From assembly GCA_013265495.1 (NCBI GenBank), contig MU058463.1:3765037-3829036 (forward strand): DNA of 64,000 nucleotides, in the 5' to 3' direction. Under the pieces are notes generated by a model. It did not search any database, was not told the DNA's origin, and saw nothing but the letters and a program-made list of their open reading frames with translations. This stretch comes from Vicugna vicugna. Taxonomy: Eukaryota. The position numbers and the translations under genes are program-made. Positions 49,611 to 63,253 of the stretch are shown in pieces (the stretch's first letter is position 1; every line of letters begins with the position of its first letter).

Positions 49611-52239
49611 TCTGCCAAGTTGGGTAGAGGGTTTCTCTTTCTCGCTTATCAGCTGTGTTAGCCTGAGGTCACACCATCCATACCAAGGGTATCAATACCT
49701 ACATGGACTTGCCTGTAGGCTCTTCCACAGAGATGGTTATAACACTGCTTTGCGAATGGTCCCCGCCTACTCTACCCTTGTACCCTTTTCTTAATGCTGT
49801 CACAGTTACGCAGCAATGCAGAGTTCAAAAAAACAAGCCAGTTAAGCCTGGCGATTCCATTCTGTATTTGTGAATCAAATGGAGAAGACTTTCTTCCTAA
49901 GACTTTGTCTAGAGCAGCCAGCTGGCTTGCATTTATAAGCCAGTTTCAGCATGTACTCTTGTGTTTGCATCTGAGTAGTTTCTTATTTGGCAACATTTCT
50001 TGAATATCCACTCCAAAGGGAAACAAAGAGAAACCACAGACATTTCCCTGGATGAACATACATTCTAGTTAGTTTCCTGAGCACTTATTGAGCAGCAGAA
50101 ACTTTACATACATTTATGCACATCATTAAAATAAATCTGCAAGGGAAATATTATTATCCTTATTTTACAAAAATGAATAAATAAATAAAAAGGACAAACT
50201 AAATATCTTGCAAAACCACAACTTGAATCCAATTACTGCTAACATAGAAACGCAGAAGTGGTACAGCCACAAGCGCACCAGAATGCGGAAGTTCCAAAAG
50301 GATGAAGAGGCAAGCAGAGGGGCAGTTGGATAAAGGTAAGTATATGGAAAACTAAAGGCTGCTGAAGCAGATCCATAACCCCAGATCCCTTTTAAAAAGC
50401 AAAAGTATAACACTTACACAAAACTTGCACAAATGCCTTATGACACTTAAAATCATGTTTTAAAATTAAAACAATGCTAATTTAGCATTCGCTTTCCAAC
50501 ATGTCAATTTTCTCTTAACAATATACAGTATTATGCACTATATTTTGACACCATACACATAAAAGCTCCAGGTTAATTAAGAATTACAACTATACAACCA
50601 CTTCCAAGGAAAATCTGATACCTAAGCATGGTTCTATGTTAACCAGGATAATGCAATATGACGAGAGTTCACAGGATTTTGCTACAGCAAAAATAAAGTG
50701 CACCTTGCCTGGCACAGGTACTAACAGTTGCAGGCTCCTGTCATTGTCTGAGTTAACAGACTAGCTGCACTGTATCATTGGTCAGAGTTTTAGACTCTCC
50801 AGTTCTTCCATACTGGGGTGGACCCAGTCAAAACAAAAAGGAACATGAACTATAATCTAGTAAATAAAACAACTAATCTGGAAGATTTAGGCTGAAACCA
50901 TTCCTTGCAAGTAGGAATTTCGTACTGCCTCAGCTGCCCTCTGCATGTCAGCCATATGCTCTGTCTTACTGTCCTTCAAGGACTTTAATTCACTGAGGCA
51001 CATACAATATTAAACACTGGGCCTTGCCTTAGAATTAAGTTTCTGAAATGAAAAAGATCAACCTAACAATTGACATTATTTTTTGAGGTTATTTTTAAAA
51101 GCAAAAGTTGTTTTTTGCTTGGAAATCACAGTTACCAAAAAAAAATTTTTTTTAAGGCTAAAACTTTTAGAATCTTTGACTTAGCTTACCCAGGCAATAG
51201 TCTGTTACCCACATTTCAAAAGACTTAGCCTACTTCCCTTCCTAAAAAATGGTATTTGATGTTACTGGGTTCGTGTCAAATAAAAGACTTAGCTATGCTG
51301 CTTCATTACTATTCCTGCTTCTGTTTGTCACAACAGGGCTCCAGGGTGACTCACAGTCACAGGACACTATTCCATGGCCTCTTCAGTTCATCACAATTAT
51401 CATCATTTCCAAGATGAAAAAGTTGGCTTAAATTTTCTTTAAAGTTCTTTTCAGCCCTTATTGTTGGCTAATTTTTAACATGGGTTTGAATACAAAGACT
51501 TTAGCCAAAATAACAAATCCAGGCAAGTAAAAAGCAATAGGTTTAGTAATTTTGGTGTCACATAGATATACAATTTTAAAAGCTAATTAGCCATTTCCCA
51601 GTGAGACTGGCATTACCATCATTGAATATTATTGTCCACCCAGAACCACCAAGCACACTTCCAAGTGCAATAAAACACGATTTAGCTACGAGCAGAAGCG
51701 GAAGCAGATCTCATGACCCAAGGTTGTGATTTGCAAACATTCTCATTTCTGCCCTGGCTCCAGCCATTGTAATTGCAATTAATGGGACCCCAACCCAATC
51801 TCAACCACATACACACAGAGTAATTTTTAATCCTGTGAGATGAAGAAATTGCAACTCAACATTGATCAAATGATAAGATTTTTCCCATCGTTACAATCTA
51901 AGTCAACTAGGGTTGGGTAGACAAAAGCAAGAGATGATCACAGGGCCTTGTCACAAATCTAAATCTAATCATATTTTCTACTGAAGGACTCCATCAAAAA
52001 GGTACATGACTACAATATATGTTTAAAGGAGAATTTTTATTAAAATGGCCATTTCCTAGCAGTCACTCAAGAAGGACTCCTAGTCTTCCCTTTTCCCCAA
52101 TAACTCTTAATGTAATTAGCTCCATACAACTCTAGGTGATTGTTTATGTAGCTCTGAGATGTAATCACTTACATTATTTTTGTACTATAATTAATTGCTG
52201 TGGATCTGCCTGTGATGTCTGTTTATCAAGAGTAAGAAT

Positions 52240-52404
52240 AGGGGGAGGGTATAGCTCAGTGGTAGGGTGTGGGCTTAGCATGCATGAGGTCCTGGGTTCA
52301 ATCCCCAGTACCTCCATTAAAAATTATAATAATAAATAAATGAATGAATGAATGAATGAACAAATAAACCTTATTACCTTCCTCCCCTCAAAAAGAGAAA
52401 AAAA
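52240..52404 (+). mobile_element. tRNA-derived camelid SINE (Vic-1-like), full form with (TGAA)n/(AATA)n linker and A-tail
   Basis: gggggagggtatagctcagtggtagggtgtgggcttagcatgcatgaggtcctgggttcaatccccagtacctcc...aaataaaccttattaccttcctcccc plus A-rich tail. Confidence 0.9.
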
Positions 52405-53505
52405 GGAAGAACTATCTTGTTATTTTTCTTTCTCCACTGACCTATGTCCTCCACACTTTTTGGGGGGTATAAACACCCGAAGGTATTTTACAAACAAAAA
52501 TCCCCAAAATCAAAAAACATATTTTAATTGCTTTTACTTCTTTTCTAATCTCTGAAATACTAGTTTTAATGTTCTATTCATTAATATCACCAAATCTTTT
52601 AATATGACATTAAGAAAAAATATGTAATCAATTTAAAGATTTTTTAAATTAGAAATTTTATTTCAATATGTATTATAATTGTCAACTTCTTTTGTTCCAA
52701 ATATGAACTTAAGCAAGTGACATTTACCTCTAGCTTCCAAGGAAGTATCCTTGCCTGTATGTTTAAAGTCTGAATGTCATCTACTAACAAAATGCGGAGC
52801 ACCATTATTTAATTTTCTAGTCTGAGCCTTGCTCCCACAGAGTGCTAATTCTCTCTGTGCATCCTCTTTTTCTTGTAAACTATGGTTTCCTCAAGCACCG
52901 GAGTAACATTTTATTCCTATGAACACACAGGGACTGGCAGACTAAATGATGTTTATGAATGATTTACTGTATCTTCTAAACCATTCTGGCCTAAAATTCA
53001 CATCAATAGAAAAATGGTAATTACGTCATCTCAGTGATTAAAGTCCCTATCTTCTATTCTATAAAGAATATTGTAACATTTTCCTCTACTTTCCCAGGAA
53101 AAAAAAAAAAAGAAGTACAAAGACATAAGGACAAAAGTTGCGAAATATTATAGCACACAAAATAGCATTCATACACCATTACTAAAATGGTATAGTTGTG
53201 GGAAACAAGTAGTAAAAGTGCCAAAATATAAGGTGATATTTTGCAGAGTCAAGCTCATTTTTAGTACACTGAAATGTATACTATCTGCCCATACACACAC
53301 ATAAAGAATTCACTCGGTGTATAATGTAATGTACTCTTCCACAAAAGTATTACATCAGGTGCTATTCCACTGGATTTAAAGCAGAGAAGGTCAGCCAAGC
53401 ACTTGGGCCAAGACTTTAAGAAAGAGTCAGAACTTGGGTTAGATGCAAGTACCCTTTCAACCAGAAAGAAATAAGGTATCTTATTTTTCAAGAGCCCATT
53501 AAGTA

Positions 53506-54028
53506 TGTGGTAAGCAGAAGAATGACCCCATCAAATATATCCATGTCTTCATCCTGGGGTCTGTGAATATATTGTCTTACATGGCAAATGAGATTTTGAA
53601 GATGTGATTAAATTAAGGATCTTGAGATGAGGAGATTATCCTGGATTTTCCAGATGGGTCCAATGTAATCACAAGTGTGCTTATAAGTGAAAGAGGGAGG
53701 CAAGAGTTTAAGAGAGAAGGAGATGCTATGAGGGAAACAAAGTCAGAGTGATGAGCATGAAAAAAACCTGAGTGGCCATCATTGGCTTTGAAAGTAGAAG
53801 AGTCACCGTTTAAGAAATACAGGCAGCCTCTAGAAATAGGAAAAGGCACAAGGAGCAGTTTTCTCCTAGAGTTTCTAAAAGGATTGCAGCCCTGACGACA
53901 CCTTGATTTTAGCCTCGTGAGGCTCACTCCAGACGTCTGACATCCAAATACGTAAATAATAAAATTATATTGTTTTAAGTTGCTAAATTTAGAGTCATTT
54001 GTTACAGCAGCAATAAGAACCTAATACA
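53506..54028 (+). mobile_element. MLT1D MaLR solo LTR
   Basis: tgtggtaagcagaagaatgacccc...gatgtgattaaattaaggatcttgagatgaggagattatcctggatt...gttacagcagcaataagaacctaataca, with TG...CA ends. Confidence 0.9.
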
Positions 54029-56426
54029 AGCTCATTAAGCCCTCAGAACTCAGGTCCAAACACTCAACAATCACATTGTAATAAAAACATTGAAAGAATT
54101 AATGCACAATTTATACTAGAGTAAATCAATGTGGAAGGAAGGAAGGAAAGAAGGAAATAGAATTTAGCAAGTTCACAAAAACATTATGGTTGCTCAAAAT
54201 TCAAAGCCCATGACATTTTGAAGAAACGGGCTACTGAGAAGAGAAATGTTAGGGAGCCTAGTAAGTAATCCAAATTTTTAAAACTGAAAAAAAAAATTTT
54301 TTTTTATTTAACAGGAATGAGATGGAAAAAAGGGTACAGATAGCCAGCATTGCTCAATAGACCTAAGCCTTGCTATTGAGACCTAAGACAGGTCTCTCTG
54401 GGGGTGCACCTCAAATTTTATTTATTTTTCTATGCTCTTGCCCCAGCATACCACCTTAACAGAAAGTAGACAAGAAGTATCTGTTGCATCAGTAAATACC
54501 GGCTCCAGATGAGTAGGTTCTAGAGAGAGAGCCATACAAAACAAAAGGTGATTCTTTCATTCATCCAACACATATTTATTCAGCGCTGATTCCGTGCCGT
54601 GTGATAGAGTAATAAGAAAAATATGGGCCCTGCTGTCATGACGCTTCAAACATTCTTCGGCTTTCAAATACGCTTCAGCCCTTAAGCATCTCTGGCATCA
54701 GTTTCCTACGGAGCTATGGCTTTAATTTCATAAATTACTATTTCATTTTTTGTCAGGTTTTTATATTGTCAAGAATCTGAATTATTTGAGGCCATGGTTT
54801 ACTTATCTCCTACCGTGTACCAATGGAGCTGAGTTATTTTAGATAGCATTTCTCATACTGTATTTAGTAAGATGAAGCTCCACAGTCTACCGACTCCTTA
54901 AGGGAATCTTCTGCCTCTAGCTCCAGAGCTTCTGTCGCCCCCCAAGTGACTGAAATGAGTTGAGAAAATCCAGGCAACATGGTGAGAGGGAATGTCCCAA
55001 GGACAAAGAGAAAATGGAAAGTACTTCAAATTAATGTAAGAGAGGTGACTGAATTTTACTGAACATCATGGATATTCACGTTCTCATACACCCTCAATCT
55101 AGCAGGAACTTTATTACACCCCCAGGGTATCCCCAGTGCAGTGAAGGGTGCTGCAGAGTATACATACTTGCTCAGTAGATGAAGCAATCAATGCCTGGTG
55201 GTCAAGGCTGGAGCCAAAGTGTCCCTCCCAGAGACAAAGCTATCCTCTGGTCTGATAAATGGTATACCCACCGGGAGCCCTAGAGACAAGGAAGGCTCTA
55301 ACCGATTTCTGGTTTGAGCCCTGATGGAGAAGGCAAGCAGAGCTAAGCATTTGGTTAACAGTTCAGTCATCACTTCTTTAGTTTACCGTCCTGCGCCCTG
55401 GCAACACTCACTCAGAGCCAACCCCGACTCAGAGCCAGGAAGATCAGGTCCTCATGCTTGTGGCAAATTCACAGGAGGAGACCAGCGGGGTGCTGCAATG
55501 TTATACAGATTGAGAAGAAAGGCAAATGGGGAATTGCTACTTGCATTTCGTTAATTTTGCCAAGACTAATAAACCTTTTTAAGAGCACTTTAAAAAAAAT
55601 TAGAAAATGTCCTGAGTGCCAGCCTAAGGAAGTTTTATGAAGTGTACAAAATGTTTTTGATCCTCTTAAGCCTCATCTTGGCTTGCTCCCCTGCCCTCGT
55701 GCCTTGCTCAGCTCAGAGAGGCTCTCCCTGCACTGACTTCTGGTATCAAATCTCGCTGCTAAGGATCTTCCCTCATTGGGAGTGCTGGCTCCACTCATTC
55801 CCAGATGACTAGAAAATGCTTCACTCCCTAACTCCAGCCCCAGCTGTGCTGTAACTATCAGCAGCCCAAAGCGTTACTCCCAAGGAATCCTGCCCTTTAA
55901 CATGGAGTGTACGTAGACATTTCCTTGGCCTCAAGAAATGCAACTTAGCACACGTGATATTCATCAAAAAGGCTTGTCATCCAGCAGAAACTTACTTACT
56001 GTCAGTTTGATAGTGGCTACCCCACTGGATGTCCTGTGCATGTGAATGTAACACTCTAGGGGTCAGACAGATAGCATTACAGCATGCAGTGATCAAATCC
56101 TGCACTAGGAGGTTCACCCTATTGGCTTGCAAATGAACAAGATGACAGAGTAAGAGTGAAACAGCATATTATGTCACATGCTGTCCTGGTGTGGCTTTTT
56201 CCTGTGTATTAGGTTCAGTTTTGGAATATCCAACAAACATCCCAAAAGTGTGTCATGCTTCTGTCAAGTTAATATTTTCCTGCTTACAAAGATGTTCTTT
56301 TGTCCTTGGAAAGTAATCTAATAGAATTTCACTGTGTTATGAACAGCTCTGCCAAGGGTGTATTTTTAGTTTCCTTTAGAGACTTCAGTATGAATCTATA
56401 CCAGAACCACCAAATTCTTAAATAGA

Positions 56427-56429
<3 letters not shown>

Positions 56430-56459
<30 letters not shown>
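56430..56459. repeat. (TG)14 microsatellite
   Basis: Direct observation. Confidence 0.95.
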
Positions 56460-56461
<2 letters not shown>

Positions 56462-57294
56462 AAGAAGTGATACAGTTTTCAAAAAGATACGAACTGTATA
56501 TATAAATGCTGCTGCTACACATAACGTTATTGCTGATCTAAGACATACCAGTTAACAGAAAATTCACTTTGGGAAATAATTTTCTATAATACACAGAGTA
56601 CCATCTTCCTTTAGGGTAGCCATTAGGGTAGCAATGGCACATGTGGCCTGAAGCTGACTCTCCAAGCCCTGGGGAAAGGTTCATGAGTGCAACAGGGTTG
56701 TTTAGGTGGGTGGTCTGCCAGGATGTCTAAAATGGTGTATGTAGTAATCATTTTTATGAACACAAGTACTAGAGAAGCTATTTTAAGATCACAACTGGGG
56801 AAATATAAAAACACAAATTGTAATCCTTGTGGTTGTTGCCTGTCATTTTAGATCTATTCTTTTGTTGGTTGCCACTAGCAACAAGAAAATAAAGCTGAAG
56901 AAATTTTAATCGAATAAATACCGCTATTTACCTCCTTGATCAAATACTCTGTTGCACTGAAAAGTAGGCAAGTTCAACAGAAGTCAGTAATCTGAGAGAT
57001 GAACTCCTTGGATGGGACTTTTAAAAATCTTAAAGGCAAATAATCATCAGTCATAAAGATGAGGTTCTGGAAGCCATGAAAAAATAACCTCACAGAGCTC
57101 AGGAGTATCTTTCTGCTCTGCAGCGCATGGAACAGTGGGATGGCTTCTCTAGCCCTCGTAAACAGAGGCAGAGCAAATTAAATACCCGGTATTTGAACCA
57201 GAAATTGACCTGAGCTCTAGCATTGCTGATTATAATCCTCAGGGCTTTGATCATTAAAACAGAAAATATCTTTAAAAAATCTTAACAGCATGAA

Positions 57295-57545
57295 AATAAT
57301 AACTGAAGCTACTCTTAATGGAGCATTTATTATGACAGGTACTGTGTTCCGTGTTTACAAATCGTAACTCGTTTAATTTTCATGTGTCTGCAGATAAAAT
57401 CTTCTTTTTCCTTTTTTTTTTTTACATGGGGAAACAGAAACTGGTTAAGCAATTTGCCTAAAGTTGACGGGGGCCAAGAAATGACAAAGGAGAGTAAGGC
57501 CAGTCTTGTGCAACAACAAAACCACTCTTTCCACTCCACCACACT
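57295..57545 (-). mobile_element. MIR SINE (second MIR at ~57630-57820)
   Basis: gagcatttattatgacaggtactgtg...tttacatggggaaacagaa...ggttaagcaatttgcctaaag. Confidence 0.7.
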
Positions 57546-58840
57546 GGCTCTCTGAATATGCAGAAAGCTACTAGTTATTCGCAGTACAGGTATGTCGAGC
57601 TGTAGGTCAAAGAGGGAAGAAAACAGAGGACTCCCTGTGTGTCAGGCACTTTCCATACATTACCTCCTTCAAAGCACACTGTAACTTTGTGAAGTAAGAA
57701 TACTGACATTCGAACCTGTTGAGGAATATAATCAATATTACAGAAATACTAGGTGGCATAGCTAGTATCTGAAACCAGATTTTCCTGAATCAAACACATG
57801 TTCTTTGTACTCTAACATCCCACTTCCTCCAAAGTGGAGTCTTTAGACAATGTCAGTATTTATGGATTGAATAAAAATCATCTTAGATGAGAATTTTTTA
57901 TTGAATACAGTTATGTTTCAGAGGATAATATTTGACCTACGGAGTAGCCAAATCTGTATACATCACAAATTACTGTATGACAAAGTTCTCCTATATTTTC
58001 TAGTTTTCATTAGAGGCCACAGATCTCATTAAAGAGATATATATATATATACCTTTTTTCTTATTCTACTTGTATGGAGAAAAAAATAAAAAAGGCACTA
58101 GTGGTGAGAAATAAGAGAAGTTCTTGTCAACCACGTTGAATGGCAGAGAGACAAAGCAGAAGCATAGAAAAGTGGCAGGCAGTACCTTCATTTTGAACAA
58201 CATAAGGTTATGCTATTATTTTAAACTTCAAAATGTTGTTAAAAATAATACCTGTCTCCCAACACTATTTGTACTCAGGCAAAACAAATGTCTGCAAGAC
58301 CCCTCACATGATGGGGTGTTTTCTACAAAGACCTGGTAACACTGCCAGCCATTCTCCCCACTCAGACCCATCGTCCACACAGTTGGCACCCCCAGACCAC
58401 TTCGCTTCTTTCCCTCTGATTTTTGGCTTTTTTACATTTCTATACTGTTTCTTTTTCTCATTTTCATTGATTTCTGCTCTTATCTTTGTTATTTCTTTTT
58501 TTTTCCTATGTATTTTCACTTTGCTTTAGTTTTCATTTCTAACCTTCTTAAGACGGAACTTTAGATCATTGATTTTAGACTTTTCTTCTTCCCTAAGATA
58601 AGCATTTAAAGATTTAAATTTCTCTGTAAGTGCTACATTTGCTGCATTCCACAAATTTTGATACGTTGTCATTTTGTTAGCATTCAGTTAAAAATATTTC
58701 CTGATTTCTCTTATTGATTTTTTTTAATCCGTAGGTTATTTAGAAGTGTAAAATTCTAAAAATCTGGGATTTTTCTAGACATATCATTGTTATTAATTCC
58801 TAATTTAATTGCCGTGGTTCAAAATTATACTGTGTGATTT

Positions 58841-59237
58841 TGAGAAAATTAATAAATAGAAACCTTAATTAAAATAGAGTCATGAGGCCAGAAGGGGGAG
58901 CCCTCACACCCCACGAGGACAGCAAAGCCCAAACAGGAAGAAGAAAGACTTCCTCTTCTTACCTGCCAAGGGCTCAGCTGCTGACAGACTGTCAGGACTC
59001 AGCCAACGAAAAGCCACTATACTTTGAACTCTCAATTCCTCTAGCGGACACTTTGTTTACTGTAGCCCTTGCATACCTTCCTTTACCCCTCTATAAAAGA
59101 TGTCTCCTTCCCTTGCAGTGTGGGAACTTGCACCATGGCTCACCATGATTGCAGACCTGGAAACACAATTCTTTGCTGACCCCCAACAACCCTTTTGCTG
59201 TAGAAATAACTGGCAGTCTGTTTGTTTAAGGTCAACA
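58841..59237 (+). mobile_element. ERV1-class solo LTR
   Basis: TG...CA ends (tgagaaa...ggtcaaca), perfect 4-bp TSD ATTT (58837-58840, 59238-59241), TATAAAA at 59092. Confidence 0.85.
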
Positions 59238-59530
59238 ATTTTAAGCCTCTCAAATTCGCTAAGGCTTGTTTTATTGCCTAGCATAGTGGAAGCATCATGT
59301 AGATTTTTAAAGAATAAGTGTTTTGCAGGTGTTGGGCGTAGTGTCTTCTCTGACTCTGATGGTTGGTAGTGTTGCTCACATTATCTATGTCTTAACTCAT
59401 TCCTTGTCTAGTCTATCAATTAGTGAGGGAGGAATATTTAAATCTTCAAATATGATTGTGGAATTGTCTTTTTCTCCCTTTACTTTTGGTTAATTCTGCT
59501 TCATGTACTTGGAAGCTCCTTATTAGCCAT

Positions 59531-60275
59531 TATGGTATAATAAAAAATAAATATTTGGGCTTTGTCCCCAGTTCTTGGCAGAGCTCCTAGAACACCTGGA
59601 ATTTACTGTCTTTTGTATACTAATAAATAACTTATGGGAGAGCCCTTACAAAGCTTTTAGGATGGGGGCTGGTCACCAGAAAAAACCACCAATAATTAGA
59701 GGGATTAGACCTCAGGGAGAGGAGACTACTGGAGATTGAGTTCAATTACCAATAACCAGTGATTAAATGAATGGTATCTACTTAATAAAACTTTCATAAA
59801 AATCCTAAAAGACCAGGTTTGAGGAGTTCCTGGGTTGATGAACACACTAGTGTGGCAGGAGGGTGACATACCCAGAATGGGCATGTATATGCTGAGCCCT
59901 TTGCCCCTATACCTTACCCTATTCCATTTGCCTGTTCTGAGTTGTACCCTTTTTAATAAACTGGTAATTGTAAGTAAAGTGCTTTCCTGAGTTCTGTGAC
60001 TTATTTTAGCAAATTATTGCATCTGAGGGAGAGTCGTGGCACCTCTGACTTTGTAGTTAGTCTGGCCAGAAGCATAAGTCTCTTTGGGACCTTATTTGCA
60101 GCTGGTGTCTAAAGTGGAGGCAGTCTTCTAGGAATCAGCCTATAACTTGTGTGGCTGCACCAAGTCTGGGTAGTTAGTATCAGAACTCAATCGAATTGAA
60201 TTGAATTGTAGGAAACACAGTTGGTGTCAGAGAATTGGAGAATTGGTTGGTGGTGTCAAGAAAAAAAAGCACACA
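59531..60275 (+). mobile_element. MER21-like ERVL solo LTR
   Basis: aaatatttgggctttgtccccagttcttggcagagctcctagaacacctggaattt...aataaactggtaattgtaagtaaagtgctttcctgagttctgtga; 5-bp TSD gccat/ggcat. Confidence 0.85.
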
Positions 60276-60489
60276 GGCATATAAACATTTATAATTGCTA
60301 CGATTTCCTGCTGAATTGATTCTTTTATCATTCTGAAATAGTTCTATTTATCTCTAAAAATACTCTTTGTCCTGAAGAACGTTTTATCTGACATTTGTAT
60401 GGTATATCTTTCTGTACCTTTACATTTAAAGTCCATCTCTTGTAGATACTATGTAATTTTTAACAATCCATTTTGACTTTCTCTGTTTC

Positions 60490-60691
60490 TAACATTGTCT
60501 AATAGAACTTTCTGGGATGACGGAAATGTTCTACATCTGCACTATCCAATACGGTAGCCACCGTCCACATGTAGCTATTGAGTACTTGAGATATGGCTAA
60601 TACAACTGAGAAACTGAATTTTTATTTTTAATTTAATTAATTTAAAATTAAATGTCCACATGAGACAGTGGCAGTCATATTAAACAGCAGA
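60490..60691 (+). mobile_element. MER3 hAT-Charlie MITE, full length
   Basis: tgtctaatagaactttctgggatgacggaaatgttctacatctgcactatccaatacggtagccac...tattaaacagcagag. Confidence 0.9.
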
Positions 60692-61554
60692 GGTTTAGTT
60701 CATTAATATTTAATGTAATTGCTGATATAGTTGGATGTAGGTGTACTATTTTGTTTATTCTCTGTTTTGTGTCCCTCTTGGATAATTTCTATTGATCTAT
60801 TTCCAAGTTTTCTGACATTTTACTTCATTATATGAGCTTTAATTTCTCTGCACACTCCTTTCTTCCCGTCCATCATTGGGAAGTACACACGTACTGTTCA
60901 ATACTCAGTTAAATGATTTTTAACTCTTTGAAGAATTTCCTGAATTCCCATAATTGGGAGAATTCCCCTCCTTGTTACCCTACTATATTGTACACACTTC
61001 TCTCTCCTGGTACCTCTAATCTTTTAATTGGGTTTTGTTTCTTCTTTCTAAACTGTCTATGTCTTATTCCTCTTTGATCCATGCTCCTAACACTGTGATC
61101 TGTTCTCCTAACAGTGTATTGATTCTTCTTTTTTTTAAGGCGTTTTTTAAATCTCATGACAAGATTCACTAGAAGTAAAACTACTCCCTACAAAAGAATT
61201 TTTATCTGCCATGGACTGGGCAGATATTAATAATGTTATCTTCAGATTCATCTGACTGAAAAAGTTATGAAAGAATTGCATCTCAGAAAAACCCCTAACA
61301 GCAGCACATCCTTTGTCAAGATGGTGCCTTGTTGCTATTAGACTGAATTGAAATCCACATCAATGGAAATAATTTAATCAGCTAAAGGGCTTCTGGATTC
61401 TAGCAAAGAAGAGAATGTAGGATTCCCTCAGAGGTTGTGAAATTGGCAGCAAAATATTTGATATTCACTAAGGATACAAAACCACCTGCTGAGAATCGCT
61501 CTCTGTAATTGGAAGGACAAATTTCCTGGACATTTTGGCATGTTCTAGCACATA

Positions 61555-61735
61555 CAGCAGGTGTAGTAGAAAGAACAAAGGCGCTGGTATACAAGAAACC
61601 TGGTTTTGAATCCCAGGCCTCTGTTTACCAGTTGTGCAACCTTTGAGATGGTCCATAATCCCTCCAAGCCTCTGATTTATCTATAAGATGTTAAAAGTGA
61701 TACTTAACTTGTGCCATTGTTCTAAGTACTTAAAA
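61555..61735 (+). mobile_element. MIR SINE
   Basis: gtgtagtagaaagaac...acctggttttgaatcccaggcctctgtttaccagttgtgcaacctttg. Confidence 0.7.
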
Positions 61736-62039
61736 TTATATAAAGTTCCTGGAAAATTTCATTGAACAATAGAACTCTTATTATTTTTATAAGATTTATC
61801 ATTGTTGTTTTTATTTATGGTATACACCTAGTCAAATGCATTGGAAACAATTTAAGGCATATTAAGGCTAATTTGGTAGCTACTCTTGGCAATATATTTT
61901 ACTTTGCACAAAATCAAAAGTCTCCCAAGTTTTATTTTCCTTTAACTATTCCTAGGACTTATAATTCAATTCCTCTGAGAAGGAAATTTTAGGCCAAAAG
62001 AGATTCTCCAGGATCATATGTCAACAGTAGAAAAAGCTG

Positions 62040-62258
62040 TCACTTACCAAGCACTGAGCAAGTGTGAGGTACAGTAATAAATGCTTTACCTGCATTATTT
62101 AATTTAATCCTTACCAATGCTCATTTAAGGTAGGGGCTGCTGCAAAAGAAGAAAACAAAGCTTTGGAGAGGCTAAACAACTTGCCCAAGCTCATACAGTA
62201 AGATACAAGCTGGAATTCAAAGTCGCATCTCTAGGGCCCTTGCTCTTTAATTACCACT
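62040..62258 (-). mobile_element. MIR SINE
   Basis: aatgctttacctgcattatttaatttaatcctta...gagaggctaaacaacttgcccaagctcatacag. Confidence 0.75.
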
Positions 62259-62907
62259 CAAAACTATTTTCCAGTTAATCCAAAACCTCTGTTCTCCAGT
62301 CCTGCTGGCTCACCAGAGGACAATGCAGCATTTGCATTTTCTTAATGGTAAAACCAATGGTGAAACCAACATGAACCAGAAAAGAAAATGCTTTAACATC
62401 AGGAAACCACATCATTTTAAAGGTGCTACAAATTAATGTTTCTAATAAAGCAGGGGCAACCAATATTGGTAGAGATTAGCAATCCTAATAGAATTAGCTT
62501 TTCCTCCAAATGCTTAGCTCTGTTTTTCACTACTGCTCACAAGGGTTCTCCTGACAGAGCTGTCTCTGCATGTTTACCAAGGGGGAAGCAGGGCCCACTT
62601 CTACTCAGACACCCTCAGAGTGAATCACCCTCAGAGTTAGTGAAGCTCTCTTCATCATCAGGACTCTTCCCACTTGTTGTTTCAGCTTAATGAATAAGAA
62701 ACTTAAAGGAGAAGATACAGGGGATGAGGATTGAAGGAAAAATAACAGATTTTAAGATCCATCCATGGAGAAGACATTTCTAAATGCATTTGGGGAAAGG
62801 AAATCAATAGTTTAACCTGACACTTACAAAATGAATTGAAACATTATCTTCCCCTCACAATGTCTAAAACTGAAGAATGATTCTGTAGTCCTTATTAAAA
62901 GTAAATA

Positions 62908-63253
62908 TGTGGAGTCTAAAAAAAAAAATGATACAAAATCTATTTACAAACCCAAAACAGACTCACGGACATAGAAAACAAACTATGGTAATCAAAGGGG
63001 AAAGGGCGGGAGGGATAAATTAGGGGTTGGGGATTAACAGACACACATTACTATATATAAAGTAGATAAACAACAAGGACCTACTGTATAGCACAGGGAA
63101 CTATATTCAACTTCTTATAATAACATATAATGGAAAGGAATCTGAAAAGAAAAACTACATATGTATGTATATGTATAACTGAATCACTTTGCTGTATACT
63201 TGAAACTAAAATTGTAAATCAACTACACTTTAGTAAAAATTTCTTTTAAAAAT
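62908..63253 (+). mobile_element. Artiodactyl-type L1 3' end, same family as the L1 in the U6 chimera
   Basis: tgtggagtctaaaa...cagactcacggacatagaaaacaaac...G-rich tract...aaacaacaaggacctactgtatagcacagggaactatattcaa. TSD core agtaaata at 62900-62907 and 63254-63261. Confidence 0.9.

Larger units (their letters stand above)
58430..60800 (-). mobile_element. Old L1 (L1M, ORF2 endonuclease region) carrying three nested insertions
   Basis: tcattgatttctgctcttatctttgttatttc (minus-strand ORF KEITKIRAEINENE = L1 ORF2), ccacaaattttgatacgttg, aaatcttcaaatatgattgtggaattgtc. The sequence is collinear across the inserts. Confidence 0.85.

Noticed and set aside
51178..51293. Repeated aaaagacttagc (51218, 51282)
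   Set aside because: A 12-bp match with no further structure, too short to distinguish from minor slippage or chance.
62995..63031. G4-like G-rich tract
   Set aside because: This is the ordinary polypurine tract of the L1 3' UTR.
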